64,000 nt of DNA, from positions 2,666,001 through 2,730,000 of the forward strand of contig JAYWIR010000014.1 in the NCBI GenBank assembly GCA_036172245.1, read 5' to 3'. The notes beneath the pieces are model-generated. The model was given only the letters and a program-made list of their open reading frames with translations. It was not told the origin of the DNA and did no database searches. The position numbers and the translations under genes are program-made. This document shows, in pieces, positions 34,792 to 48,500 of this stretch. This DNA is from Raillietiella orientalis (taxonomy: Eukaryota). The number at the start of each line of letters is the position of its first letter. Position 1 is the stretch's first letter.

Positions 34792-36364
34792 TTTTGAAAT
34801 GCGTGGACGATACAGCACACCTCCTTGAATAACACCCAAGGCACAAAATATTCACGCGAAGAGACTATTTGTTTAACGACAGCTGGCTGGCTTGAGACAT
34901 GCAATGCAAGCACAACACGTGCCAATTACCGGGCACACACACACACGGCGGCGATCAGCAGCAATCCGAATAGGCGAAATGCGTAACCAAAAGACCCGTT
35001 CAAAAAACTTAATCTGAAAGACTTCGTCTTTCACCTTAATTTGAGTACAGGAAAATTATTTCTTCTCATGTGCATTTACCCATCAAACAGTACTGTGGCA
35101 AATAAAAACAATGTTTGGAACCGCATTCCACTGTAGCTGTAAGCATTCTTTATAATTTAACTGATCTGTACTAATTAACTTGTATATGTTTAATTGCATT
35201 CCGTTGATTCCATTCATATTGAGAACACTGTATGGCGACGTACTCTGGAAACTGTACTAAAATACCGATAATTTTACATCCTTATTTAGTACACGTGTTT
35301 GGTTCTGCATTAGAAACGTCTTCTGCTTCCACTTATAACAATGCATTCAGTGTGCTCAACTTAAAAACTGATTATTAAATCCCTCCGAATTTCTAGCGCA
35401 TCCAACTCTTATTCATTTCATTCTACAATATTAAGATTTTCCCATTTTCTGAAGTTATTTCTTTAGAATCTGTTACCCTCTGTCACTGCATCTTTCAAGC
35501 CCCGATGCAGCCATGGAAGAACACTGAATCGAAGAATGGATAGGCTACTAATCTTTTTTTTTTGTCTCATTTGTACATCAAAGAGGATAGATAATGAAAC
35601 TACACAGAAACGAATTGATAAATAACTAACTAAACTAAACTAATCAAGTGAAAAAAACAAGTCACGTGGAGTTAAGCAACGTTTGAAAAAAAATAGCTAA
35701 AATTAGAAGGTCATCTGAAGTGAAGAGCATAAAAGTTTCATCAGGAATTGTATTATCAAATTTATGGATAAGCAAATTTTAGAAGCAAACTTCGAAGCAG
35801 TTTCCTTAACAGTGTCGATGTGTATTTTGCAAGGACCAAAATAAAAATTTCTCCAGAGGTGAGAAATCTGCTTATACGAATCATCAACCGATGCAGTCTC
35901 GTCCACAGTGTGGGAACTTATTCAAAGTGAGCATAGCACTGAAACTACAAACACACAATTTGTCAATCAAATTGTAGATACACGCAAAGTTAGCTACTCA
36001 AGCAAGCAGGCTGAGATGTAACTGAGAGACAAGTATCAAACATGACTGGATGTGCTAACGAAAGCTCATACTTGACTATCGACGAAACGGTACCACTGAT
36101 TCTGACCACGAAGACCGGTATCTGGAAATGAAATCCTCTTGCAGATTATGATTTACACAAGAAAGTGTTCTGTGAGTTTAGGTTGTCTCAGAAGCTACCA
36201 ACATTAACAAAGATCTGTTTGGCAGAAATGTGATGCATCCCTCCGAAGTACCAACTGCTGTACGAATCAAGAAGAGTGCGTTAGTAAAAAACTGAGGGAG
36301 GATCATCCAAAGTCGCAATCCAATTACACAATCCAAAGATGATGGAAATCCTTCTTTTCTGTCT

Positions 36365-36800
36365 TCGCAGCTCTTTAACACTGTTCCACGCCACCCGAGG
36401 GTGCGTGTAATTCTTCAAGATAGGGGTACCCCGAGAGGAGACCGCCCTGTGAATCACGGAAGGGCTCGGAGTCTGGGGAGGGATCCCTGGAAATTGAGAT
36501 CGCTTCCACCTGGTTGTCTCCGAAAGGGAACCCCCTTCCTTATTCTCTCCAAGGAATTCTCCCAGGATCCGCTCCATTTTTTCTTCTTCGGAGGGAATAG
36601 GGAAAGGATATGCTAGTATGAATTTCTTCTCCAGAGGGACCCCTCGCAAGGGAACCATTCCTAATTAATCCTCTGAAGAGAACCCCGAAGGGACACTTCT
36701 GAAATTCAGAAGGGAGCTGCTTCCCCGAAGGGAGCGGCTCGCTTCTCTGCACTCTCTGGAGAGGTGGCGACCCACCTACTCGGAGGGTCCTCCTGGAATG
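36365..36800 (-). mobile_element. LINE fragment (region upstream of the zinc domain)
   Basis: Reverse complement aligns with 52120-52470 and 1790-1900 (shared GTCCCTTCGGGGTTCT(C/A)TTCAGAGG). Peptide PILKNYTHPRVAWNSVKEL. Confidence 0.75.
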
Positions 36801-39379
36801 GGGATCCTCTCCTTCACAACCGGAGGGGGACTCCTACTCCTTGATTCCTGGAAGGACCCAAAGGTCCACTCCCATTGTCCCTGCCCTCATCGGGGCATGG
36901 TTTCAACCGCTACCATTGCCGCACCCGGATGAATGCAGGCCAACCAGTGTCATCTTGCGGGAGGAACTTGAACCCACGACACACTGCGTCGTTTCATTTC
37001 GGAGTATTTCGAACCCGCGACTCTTGGTGGTGCCACGCGCGGAGAACGCAGCCACAGGACCTCCGACGCGGACATAGTGAAACTTCCTCTTTTTTTTTTA
37101 TCTGTGAACTCCTGGACAGGGAAACGAAGGAGATCGAAGACCACAGAATACCAGGAAGTTCTCAGGGTCCTGCTGGAGGAGATGAAAGAGGAAGCTAAGG
37201 CTGCTTCTCGTAGAAAAACGGTCAGTGCAGCTCCGCTTCTGGCATTGGCCTGCGGGTTCCTTCCATCGATAGAAGAGCCTTCTTTTCCTGTTGAACAAGC
37301 ATCCCTGTAAGAGAAGGATCCCCGGCCAGGGTCCTCTTTCCACGATTTCGTTTGCTTCCCTTTCCTCCCGACTCCCGGGGAGGAAGAAACATCTCGGCAG
37401 CTGTGCGCCTTCCTTTTAGTAGGAACCAGCCTCCGAAGGGTCGCACCACGTCTTCTGGGTACGACGGTCGAGCAGCTCCGCGCATGCCCGCATCCAAGCG
37501 GGCAGCACGCCTGAGGTCCAGAAACGCATCCTCAGGGAGTGCTTGGGGCAGGAGACGGAGGACAGAAAACCCACCTCTTCTCCAGAGCGCCAACTCTGCC
37601 TTGAAAGCCTTCGTCGTCATCGCTGCCATCGATGGCTCCATCTCTTTCCGAGATCAGGAGGACTCTCGAAGAGACCCTGAAACCGTCCTGCTTCCCTCCA
37701 GACAGCATGAGGCAAAACCTCACGACGCGCTCCCCCATTTCTCTGGCGCCGATCCACCCTGTGGGAATTCGAACCCTCAACACTTGGCGCCACGCAGTCG
37801 AGCGGGCATGAACGGCGGTTCGGAGGTCGGATCTCCAAGATCTGGGTCGGAACGCCCGGGGGGAAGTCTGCAAGGCGTGAGGAGAGAGAGGGAAGCCCAG
37901 CTCCGACGTGTCCACCTGCAGGACGCTGATCCAGGACCGGAGAGCGGTAAGATGGGCGTGGCGGGCTTGCAGGAAGGAGTCCCTGAGCAGACTCCTTCAC
38001 AGGCAGAGCACGTGCGGCCGCCCACCATGCGGGCGGCATCTCTTCTCCACAAGCATGGAAACGTGCAAGACGGCGGAAACGTCATCGAAGAACCGCAGCC
38101 GCGAAAGGCACACCGCAAGGTTCCATCTCTTCGCGAGGGAATCCCCGGGAAAGCGGGCGGAAACTTGCGGCCGGAGGCGCAAAGCAAACATCAAAAATCC
38201 CGTCGGGGCAGTTCCGAGGATTTCGCGGACGAGACGGACCAACTGGTGTACCTCGGAGGCCGGAAGAAAGCAAACTGGTCCCTGCGAATCCCTTTCTTGA
38301 TGACGTTGCTGGGGAGGAACAAGAAGAAAGACTGCCTGACTGCGAACGAAGGGACTGCTGATGAAGGAGGTGGGGATCTGCAGCTACGGAAGGAACCGTT
38401 CCTGGACAGTCGAGCGTTTCTTGCAAATGCTGTAAGAGACCGGTCGAGCGCAAGGCAGCCCCCATTCCCCCTGTCAATGACGCCGAGAGAGGCGTCCTGG
38501 GGAGCTGCTGCAGACCACTGTACACGCACGAGCGTGCGCGAGGCATTGCCTGCCAGTGCGTCGTCCTCATTCCCTCTGCGATCCCGCTGCTGCTTCTGCC
38601 CGACTGGGGAGGTCTGTCGACTCCGGAGCGTCGTGGGATGCGTGCGAAGGACGCTTCCCGGTGGTGATCGGATCGTTCGTCCTATGATGGCTCCCAGGCG
38701 GAAGGCAGCGTTGGAGAGGCAAGCGTGGTCCCGAGCCACAGGCTCCTTCCTGCTACTGCCGTAATCACACCGTTCCTCTTTCTCCTTCCTCTCCCTTTCT
38801 GCAAGTACCCGTGCCACCGCCTTTCCCCGAGATTCTTGCAGTTAGGAAGGGAACCCTCGGAATCTCCTGCTCGCAGCCGGCTGCCCTCGCAGCTCGGGGG
38901 AACCTATCAGGAAGGGACTCAGGGGGAAGGGGGCGAGATGAAAAAAACAGGGTGGGATGCTGAGCGGGCGGAGTTTCCCAGTTCTTGCTGAATCGTTTTA
39001 TTGGTCGGTCCGGCGAACTGCTGCTAGTGGAGGCGGGCAGCGAGGACTGCTGCTGGGCGGCGCTGCCGTAGGACGAGTCCTCCGGAAACCATTTCGCGCG
39101 GGTCTTCCCCAGCTGGCCGAAAGCAGGTTCTTGGCCGACGAAGGGTGGGGGGTGGGGCGGGAGAAGGATGCTCCAGCAGCTCCTAGACAGGCCGTCCTCG
39201 ATTGGAGCGGCTGCTCGCGCGAGAAGAACGCACAGCTCTCTCCGCCGGAAGTTCGGGAGGGGTCGAGGGGGTCAGCAGCACTCCGTGGCTCGGTGGAAGG
39301 CTGTTGCTCCTACCCCCTCCCCTCACTCCCTTCCGACGCAGATGACTTTCGTTGCCGGCCGTCGGGGACGGGAGAGGGC

Positions 39380-39581
39380 TCAGTTGCACTGGTATTGCTC
39401 CACGTCGTGGGTGCAGTTCTCGCACAGTACCCTGCAGCACCAGATGAACTGGCAGTTACACTTCTCTGTCACCCGAGTCACGCTGGTCTGGTAGCCGCGC
39501 CCGCAGCACATGAGGTTGCAGCCGTCGATGCCGTAGCTCGTCTTGTTGCACAGTCTGCCTCTGGTTCCGGGCACCCCCAGC
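39380..39581 (-). CDS. WntA: WntA last coding exon
   Basis: [32 protein letters not shown]...[16 protein letters not shown]...QCN-stop. Confidence 0.95.
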
Positions 39582-42500
39582 CTGCAACGGGTGGGAACAT
39601 CAGGCGGCGTTTCGGGCTCGAATCCTTCACCCCTCACCCTCCTTTCACGCTCACGCCTCTCCGAACCTGCAGCTTCCCCTCGCCCGGGCAGCGCCGCTCT
39701 TTGCGCAGAGAACGCCTGCGGACAAGACGGGCGGAAACGGCCAAGTGCAAGGAGATGATGGTGATGAGGAGGAAGAAGAAGAAGATGAGGAGCAGAAGGA
39801 GGAGGAGGATTAGAAGCACCGCAGACGGCTGACTTCATCCCTGGGAGGAGGGTCCGCCTCAGGATCTTCTCCCGAGTCAGCCTTTCTCTTAAGGTGCCAC
39901 CATGGGAGTTCAGGGGGCAAAGAGGGTTTTCCGGGAGCAGGAAGAGAACAGGAGGTCTGTCCTGTGGCAGTGCCCTCCTCGCGCGATCCTGCCGCCGCCT
40001 CTCCGCCTCGTTCGCTTCGCTCGGCTCCCCGCAGCCGGGATGTCCCAGTAGGGATGCGCGCGACCCGGCCTGACTTGGAGGTTCCCGTCCGCGGGACAAC
40101 TCCTGGAAGGAGTCTTCTGGAAGGCCGGAACCTCGGGATGAGGACTCATGGCCGTGACTTGGAGGCGGGCCTTCTCCGATGATCCCTCGTCCTCCCCTCT
40201 CCCTGCTAGCGCGCGGGCGGGAGCATCGGCAGTTACCGAAGCGAAGGGCGGGGATCGGCGCCCTGCAGCCAAGAGTCTCTGGCCGAGGCGCAGGTGCGAA
40301 GGTTCCGCCACCCCTTTGGCCGATCCGGGAAGCGGGAGAAGCGCGGAGAAGAAGAAGGCTGCTGGTGGCCAGAAGCCCGGATGTCGAATCCATGCGGCGA
40401 AGGCCTCAAGGACGCGCCGAGCCTCACGGGAAGAATCCGAGGGAGAGGGTACAGCCAGAAAGGTCGGCGAGGAAAGCGCCACGCCCCAGGGACACGGAGC
40501 GCGGGGAGGTCAAGGAGCGAGAAAAGGGGAGCAAAAGGCACCCCTCGTTCTTCTCCCTCCTTTCCTTGCCAGAGAGGCTCAACCCCGCCGTTCGACCTTC
40601 GCCCTCCAGGCTCTCGGGATGCCGGAAAGAAATTTTTCCCGCGTTTCCCGTTACCGGGAGGAAGGGGGTGGAGCTCCAGCGGGAGGGAGTTCCCTCGCTC
40701 GACGCGAAGAAGAGGGAAGGAAGGGGGAGGGGAAGGCTTCCCCGGCAACTGAAGCAACCGCGGTGGTCCGTCGCGACGGTGGCTTTTCGGTGACCCTCCC
40801 GCCCTCCAGGCCTGGCGTGCACCCGGAAGCCGCAGCAGCGCGCGCGGTCGCCTGGTACGCGCCTCTGGGCGGGTTTCCCATCCGCCCCCCAGCCCGGGAC
40901 GGGGGCTACTCACGCCTCGTTGGGCTCGCAGTAGTCAGGCGACTCGTCCAGGTAGATGAGGTCCTTCTTGGTGGGGCGCTTGATGTTCTTCTGGGGCGTC
41001 TTCAGCCTCTTCTTGTGCTTGGCGAACTTCATCAGGGTGGCCCCTTCGAACTTGACCCCGAGGTGGTCGCCGATCTCCCTGAAGGGCGCCATCTTACGCC
41101 AACAGGCTTTCATCGCGCACGACCCGGACACCCCGTGGCACTTGCAGACCAGCTTGAGGTTCGAGCGCAGCCCCTACGGCAAGAGCCGACGGTCAGCCTC
41201 CGCGCGCGACGCGGGGAGAGGCGCGCTGGGGGCTCACCGGAGGGACCGCTGCCGCCGCGCAGTTCCCACCGGGGAAGGGTCCGGGGCGGGTCCCCCTCGT
41301 TTCCCACTGCTCGTGCGCGGGAACGGAGGAAGAGCTTCCTCGCGTGAGGGGAGGCGGGAGGGTGACCTTCCCGGTTCGGTCTCTCTCGCACGAACCCATG
41401 CCGCAGGGCAGCCGCAGGAGACCGGCCCAATGCGCGTCGCGAGCCGGTGGAGAGTAGGCGTCGGGCGGATACTCCCAAACTGGAATTGGCCTCTGCAGCT
41501 CCGGCCTCGTCGCGGCCTCCGAGTCGGGTGGGGATGGGAGGCAGGTCAGCTGCAGTCGCTTTCCCCCCGGCGGGATCCCACCGCTAACCCCGGGGAAAGA
41601 GGGAGTTACTGCGGAAACGGTCGTGTGGCGCCTCGGAGGCAAGCTGCTCCCTGAGCCGCGCGGGGCGGGTGGAGCGCGCCCGGCCCCGTCGCCGCTTCGC
41701 TGGCCCCGAACAGCCCGCTGATCCCAGAGACCGGGAAGTGACCAGGCACGCGGTTGGCATTCCACGCACGCAGAGCGCTGCTCCCTAGCTTAAAAGCGAA
41801 CGGGAGATAGGAGATGGCACATGATCATCTGGATAAGGATGGCCTGCTGACGCGCGGTGATTACCAACCACCCGAGGGGAGAGTCTTCCGAAGCAGGTCT
41901 CTAGGAAAGCACTTGGCGGAGGGCATCCAAGACAGAGTGCCGGGCATGGAAGGCGTGGACCTGAGAGCATCGCGCATCGGGACAAAGCAGACATCCCCGA
42001 TGACATTGCCTGGTTACGCTGCTGCTTCCTACTACTCTGTGTGTGTGTTTTCTTCGGGGCATGGGGTGGAGAGGTCTCCACGTGCAAGTTTTCTCTTCAA
42101 TGGACCGTCCGTTAATGGGAGCGCGCATCCGAGCGGGAAGTCCACTGGGAGGAAACGCCCTGGGGGATGGCTTTCTGCAACGTTTCTCTTCAATGGACCG
42201 TCGCGACGGTGAGCGATACGCCTGCACGTATCGCGCACCGCCGCGGCGGGAGACAGCGGCGGCACCTGGAAAGCGAAAAAGAGACGACCTCCAGGGCTTT
42301 CCTGGAGCGCCTCGAAAGCACGAGGTGAGCCCTGAGGGCTGCAATCCCTTGACGGGGGCGTCCGGAAGTTGCACGGTGCGGCGCCACGCCTAAGCGCCGC
42401 CAGCAACCCCCGCGGGGCGTGCGGAGGGGAGAGAGAGGGAGGTGCGCGCGATCTGCTCCACGCAGGTGATTGGGATTCCGGGAGCGGGTGGCAGAACCTG

Positions 42501-45500
42501 GTGCTTGCGTCACTTCGCCAGGGCCGCGACGCCGAGTGCCCTCGGACGTGCGGCCGGACGTGCCCGGCCGCCTCCTCGTCCCGTTGCTGGAGGCGAAGGA
42601 GGAACCGCTGTCGCCTGGCGGAAGAGACTCCCGCTCCGGTCGGGACGCGGCGGGAGAAATCCACAGAATCGGACCGGTCGTACCTTGGCCACAGGGAGGA
42701 AAAAGGTTCCCGGAGGCGCTGAAGGAGGAGACCAAGTCTCCCTTCCTCCCCCTAATTGACTCATGGATCCGCCGCGATATAACGTTGCAGGCATCGGGAC
42801 GACACCGACGCCGGCGGAGCGAGCGTGGCAACCAGCCCTGGAAACGTCCACCCTTGGCTGCCAACTGCGTCAACGACACCCCACGGTCCACAACCCAGAG
42901 AAAGCATCCGCTCGAGGCCTCGGGAGCCGAGGCATCCAGTCCCGGGGGCAGGAAAAGAGGGGAGGAGGAGGAGGGCAGGAGGGAATCCCGTCAACCTTCC
43001 GGCAGGATGACCGACCTCCCCCTTCCGTTCCATCTGGCAGCACCATGCATGACTTCGGATTCATTTAGCAGCGAGAGATGGCCGGGAGGCTGCAGGAGAT
43101 GCCGCAGAGTCCCCTGGAGGGACTGTCAGGGCAGAGAGGGGTCGTCGTGAGGGGGCGAGTGGACAGGCCGGAGGGGCGCTGCGGTGTGGAGCTCACTGCG
43201 AGGAGGAAGGTGGCGCCAGTGACTGCGAGGAAGACAGCGCCCAAGGGACGAGGGGGAGGAGTTCCTGAACTGCCACCTCAAGAAGCGCCGCTTCACCTCC
43301 GCCTGAGAACGGCTCGCGATGCGTAAGCGGGGGTTGACCCCGGAGGGGCTTTTTCGCGATGGTTCCTCCCCTCTCCTTCTCCTCCCCTCCTTTCCCCGCG
43401 CGTGCACATCACCGCGCAGGGGACCCGTTCCAGAATGCCCGAGGCAACGGCCCTCTAGCGGGTCGACAGGCGTGTTCCCTGGTTACCCTCCTTCCGGCTT
43501 CATAGTTGTGGAGGTTCATCAGCCCTTCGGGGTCATTGCGGCTCTCACTGGGGTCCAAGAACTTCTTGCTGAAGGTACAGCCGAACTGGATGTCCTGAAA
43601 GAGATCCCCGGGATGAGCGTTCGTGCCCTCGAGGAGAGCAGTGGAGTGTCCCCCCCTCTTCCTCCTCCCCCTGCAGTCCCTGCTGGGATAGGTGGAGGAC
43701 GCCATAGTCCTCCTGGAGCCGCACCCCCAGCAGCCGTGGAAGTTCCGTGGAGCCCGAGGTCGAACCAACGGACCTCCCCGAGATCTGGCTGGTAGGGATC
43801 GGGACCCGCCCTCGGAAGCTCCTCCTTCACCTACCATCCTCGCCCCAAATCCCGCCCTTACTCCTCTCTCAACGGAGCCATGCCCCGCGACAGCATCCGA
43901 CGCCCCTCCACCCTCAGGGTGGGGTTATGGGCACGATGAGCTCCCGGCTTCGCGCCCGCCGTCCCAAAGATAGCGTTGGGGGCACCGGGACGACGCCAAC
44001 GCTGGTGGAGCGAGAGCGGTAACCAGCCCTGGAAACTCCCTCACCATTGGCTGCCGACTGCACCAACGACGCCCCGCGGTCCAGGCCCCAGAGGGAGCGT
44101 CTGCTCGCAGCCTCGTGCAGGAAGAGGGGAGAGGAGGAAGAGGGCAGGAGGGAATCCCGTCGACCTCCCGGCAAGATGACCGACATCCTCCTCCCGCTAA
44201 TCTGGTGGCGCCAACTTCCGGCGTTCAGGATACCCGCTTCGCCCTAGCCTTCCCCCCGACCCGAGAAACGGGAGGCGCCTGCGAAACCCGGGTGCCGACT
44301 CTCTCGACTCCCCCTCGTCGCAGGAGGAAAAAAGGACGCTCTCGTCCATGTGCAAAGCCCGCTGCAGGCCTCGGTGACTTGCCGGTTCGATCCCTCGGCT
44401 TTCTCCGCGAGCTCTGTTCAGAAAAATTACCGCTTGAGGGAGGAAATCTGTAGCTCATTTCTACCTGAAACATCAGGGACCAGAAGCAAGCAACGAGAGG
44501 AAAGGAGAAATTCCATGTGGTTCCGTTATCTGGCAACCTTCCTCCAGTCACGCCTTCAGCCCGAAGGGTTGAAGACGCTACTGGCGGATCTCGAGAGGAG
44601 AGAGAGGTTCCGCGACAAATAGGACGCCTCCATCGCCAATGCCCCCCCTTCTTTTTTATATATCCCAAAGGTGCGGCGGGAGATGGGGGCACACGTCTGG
44701 TTCGTGCGGTCCCACGGAACTTTCTGCCGGAGCGCGTCAGGGGAAGCCATCGGCAAAAGCAAATTCGAAGAGCCACCGCTGTTCCCGCTGCGGACTCGGC
44801 TCGCCCCTTGGCCCCCCTCACCAGCTCTGTCGGGCGGTAGCACCCTTCCCGAAGCGTAAGGGCGCGCGTCTGGGAGCGGGGCACCCCGTCCGCTACTCGC
44901 CTTGGCTTCGAGGAGTGAAACAGAGATGGCGCGCAGTGCATAGAACGGAGGAGCATTAGCGAGCCAGCTACCCGAGGTCCACGGGTTACCCTCGTCGTCG
45001 AGAGCTGACCACGAGAGGGCGTGGAACCGACCAGGAAGGCGGAATCCATCGGAAGGGAGAGGGATCGACTTCGAGTCGAAGTCCCAGGAAGCGCGGCAGC
45101 GGGTGGACTCGACCGGGAGCTGCAAGGTTGCGGAGAGGCTCCGACGGACTCCATGGACGCCGCGGAAGAGCTCAGCTCCCAGCAGGCCCCGATCAGGCGG
45201 GAAGCTCCGCTCAGCCCTGACGACAGGGAGCTCCGGGCTCCGCCTCTGTTGCCATTCCAGTAGCGGTTTCCATGGAGCCGGAGCTGGCTCCAGGTGGGAT
45301 ACGGCGCGAAGGGGCCGAAGCGAAGCGGACGGCTCCTCGGCCCGCAGGTCCACGAGCCCACCCTTGAGATCCGCGTTTCCCCTGAAGGAAGCGGATCGCC
45401 TTCGCTGCCTAGCCACTCCCTCCCCCCTTCACGGCGACCCAGAGGCGGGCTGCTGGCTCTCTCACGCGTCTAGAAATGAACTGGAGTGCCGGGAGGGTTT

Positions 45501-48500
45501 CCGGGACTCAACGCACGACGACTCGGGGACCCCGGGGCGCCCACGACTCCTCGCAGTGGGCTGGGAGCAGGAAAACCCGACGCTCCGGACCAGGAACGGC
45601 AGCGACAACCTTGCGCGAGATGTGTCGCGATCGAAAAGTCCCGGGATTCCGCCCCGGGGCATCGAGACTCCCCCGCACCGTTCGCAGCAAGCGGTCGTCA
45701 AGGCTCTTCCGCTGTCGCGGACGGGGTCGCCTGGTCCTCCCTCCACCCTGGGAGCTGGAGTTGAGAGGCGGATGGAGAAAGGATGCTGCGCAGACGGCAG
45801 CGCTCCTTCCCGCAGGGTGCCGGCTTCTGGCCGAGCATGGAGCCCTCCCCACGCCCATAAGATGGGGAAGGAGGGGGCCCAACAGGCCACCAGGATGGTG
45901 TGGTTCCTGGAAGCGGAGGGGTGAGCGGCTGCGCGTCATCGATAGGTGAGGGTCTGCCTTTTTGAGGGCACGTCCTGCCCTGAGGACAGCCACCTCGCCG
46001 CGATGACCAGCACCACCGTGCGGGGCGGGGGCGCACCCGCAGCTAAGCGCTCCTGAGGGCCCCGATCTCCCACAGGCGAGAAGTGGACGGGGGTCACTCC
46101 TGCAGCTTCCGCTTCCCCCTTTGGTAGGGGAACCAGCCGCCCCTTCCCCTTCCTCTATCACGAGCTCGCTTCGGCGCGAAGGTCTGACCTGAATCGCCCT
46201 GAGGCAGGGTGACTCTTCCTCCCCCCCCTTACCCGAAAAGGAAAGGCTCCTCCTGTGGATCGTCTTTCTCTCTCTCCTTCTCTGCCCCTTCCCGCCTTTC
46301 CAGGATGTGCTTAGCACTCCTCGTCCGCTCCGGGAACAGGGAGAAAGGCACCAGGGTCGGGGTCAAGGATTCTTGGGTGGGACAGCCCCAGAGAGGGTGC
46401 ACATTCCTCCTCGGAGAGGGAAAAGGTCACCTGGGGCAGCCCTAGATGACTACGGCAGAGGCCTCCTGTGGGGATCAGAGGGTCGGACGGACGCCCGCCG
46501 CCTTCCTTCCAGGAAAAGGGATCCCCCAGGGTGTCCCCCTGCAAGAACCTCACCCACGAACGGAAAATCCCTACCCTCGACTCCCGGGCCGCGGCCCCTC
46601 GCCATCCCCTAGGATGAAAGAAGGAGGAGAAGGAAGGCACCCTCATCCGCTCGGAGAACTTCGGTGGCCGCAGCTCTCCCGGTCTGCCGGGGGCTCCTCC
46701 CGGAGCGAAGTCTCTCGCAGTAGGTGATCCCGCAGGATCCTCCCCTTCCTTCCGGGAAACTCTCCCGACAAGACCCTGTCCTCCAGAGGACCCCAAGGGG
46801 GCTCCTTGGGGTCCACTGGCGCGCTCCAGGAGGGGCTGTCGCTCGCGGTTCGAGGGTAACTCCCTCGCATCGGTACCAAGCGGGAAGACGGCCTCCAGGG
46901 AGAGAAAAAAGCGGAGGGTGGGGGGAACGAGAGTCCTACAGGTCGGCTGGCTCTGCCCCTTCCAGCGGCCCCCACCGCTCGACTGTCCCGGGCGCAGGTC
47001 TCCGGGGAAACCCATCTCAGGCCACGGAGCGTCGCCTTCCGCCCCGGGGAAGAAGGGAAGTGCCCACCGAAATCGGCTCTCGCGATGCCTCGTCACCTCT
47101 TCGGCCCCACTGTGGGAGCAAAACGGGGAAGGGAGTGAGGGTCCTCCAGCCCTCTCTTCACACCACTGCAGGGTCACCATCCTGGTGCCTCTATCGGATC
47201 AGCAGACCATGCCCTTCCCTCACTCGCCGACCCACTGAACCTTCTCTTCTCATTCGACTCCCGGCCGCAGGTGACCCGGGACCGAGGGCGATGTGACACC
47301 CTCGCGACACCCTTGTTCTGGCCGTGATCGCTCCTCGTTACTTCGAGTGTGCGTCCCAGACCATCCCTGTGGCCCCCTCCCGGATGGAGGGTCCCGCTTG
47401 ACTGTTCTCATTTGCACCCCTCCCCGGCACGGCGACTTTTCGCCCTCCAGAGCCAGAGGCCTCGAAGGGAGGCTCAGGAGGAAGGAAGCAGCAGATCTGG
47501 TGACCAGCATCGAGGAATCTGTGCCGAGGCGATCGTGTGGCGTTCCACAAGGGAGTCATTGAGCGGTTGGAGCTGGACGGGTGAGCGAAGGAGGGCAAAG
47601 GGTGCGTGTTCCCCTTCCTGCGCCCGAGTCGGAGAGGGGGTGGGTAAAGAAGGGGAGGGAAGGGAGGGTCTGAGGATAAAAGGAATCTTGGTCTCGCCGT
47701 CGACCTCCCTGCGAGCCTCGCAGCGCCGAGGTCCGCGCTTCAAGCAGAATCACCCCACCCCACTTCCTTCCTTCCTTGAAGCAGCGGACCGTGGTTCGTC
47801 GGCTGAGGAGGAAGAGGGGAGGAGAAAGAGGAAGAGGAAGGAAGGAGGAGGAAGGGAGGAGAGGAGGACGGAGGAGGAGGGAGGAGGAGGACATGCCTCG
47901 GAGGGCAGATGATTTTCCTCCTACCTCCCTCGGAACGGCAAGTCAGGGTGCCGCGCGCGTATGCTCGTCAGCGGGCGGGCAGTCGCTTTAGGTGTCCCTT
48001 CCGGACATGGCGAGCGGGTTGCGTGCCTTATTGCCTGCCGCCGCACCGTGGACCGTGGCCCCGGGGAAGGATCTTGGTTTTCGGGAGTGATGCAAGCCGG
48101 TTAGCTGGTGGGGCCCCGATTGACCGAGCGGGATGCTGGATGGACCGGCCGCGTGGGGCGATTTCCCCCTCTCCTGCGTTGCGGAGTTTGGGCTTTCCCC
48201 TTGTGAAGAAGAGCTCCACAGCCTCCCGTGAGGCATCCCACGTCTCTTTCCCCCTGCCTCTCTCCCTGCTCCCATCCAGCGTCTCCCCGTCCGGCACCCG
48301 AACTCTCCTGGCGGAGCCTCGGCTGCTGCGGGGAGAATCCAGTTCCGGAAGCAGTAGGGGAAGCTGTGCTGCGGGCGGAGCTTTTTGTGGAGCTTCTGCT
48401 CTGCTCTCTGCCTCCAGCCCCCGGGTCCCCCTGCTGCTCAGGGGGTGAGGAGTGACGAGGGTGGAGGGTTGGTGCTATCCCTTTCCCTCCCCTCCCCATC

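Noticed and set aside
35700..36340. RTE-clade LINE remnant (also 41800-42000)
   Set aside because: Only faint resemblance (PKYQLLY, SLPKQV), too degenerate to support.
37352..38764. 470-aa ORF, and similar long ORFs at 1240-2637, 40148-41347, 44225-45361, 49035-50324, 56874-57941
   Set aside because: No recognisable domains. These overlap in several frames, as expected from stop-codon scarcity in GC-rich DNA and TE debris.
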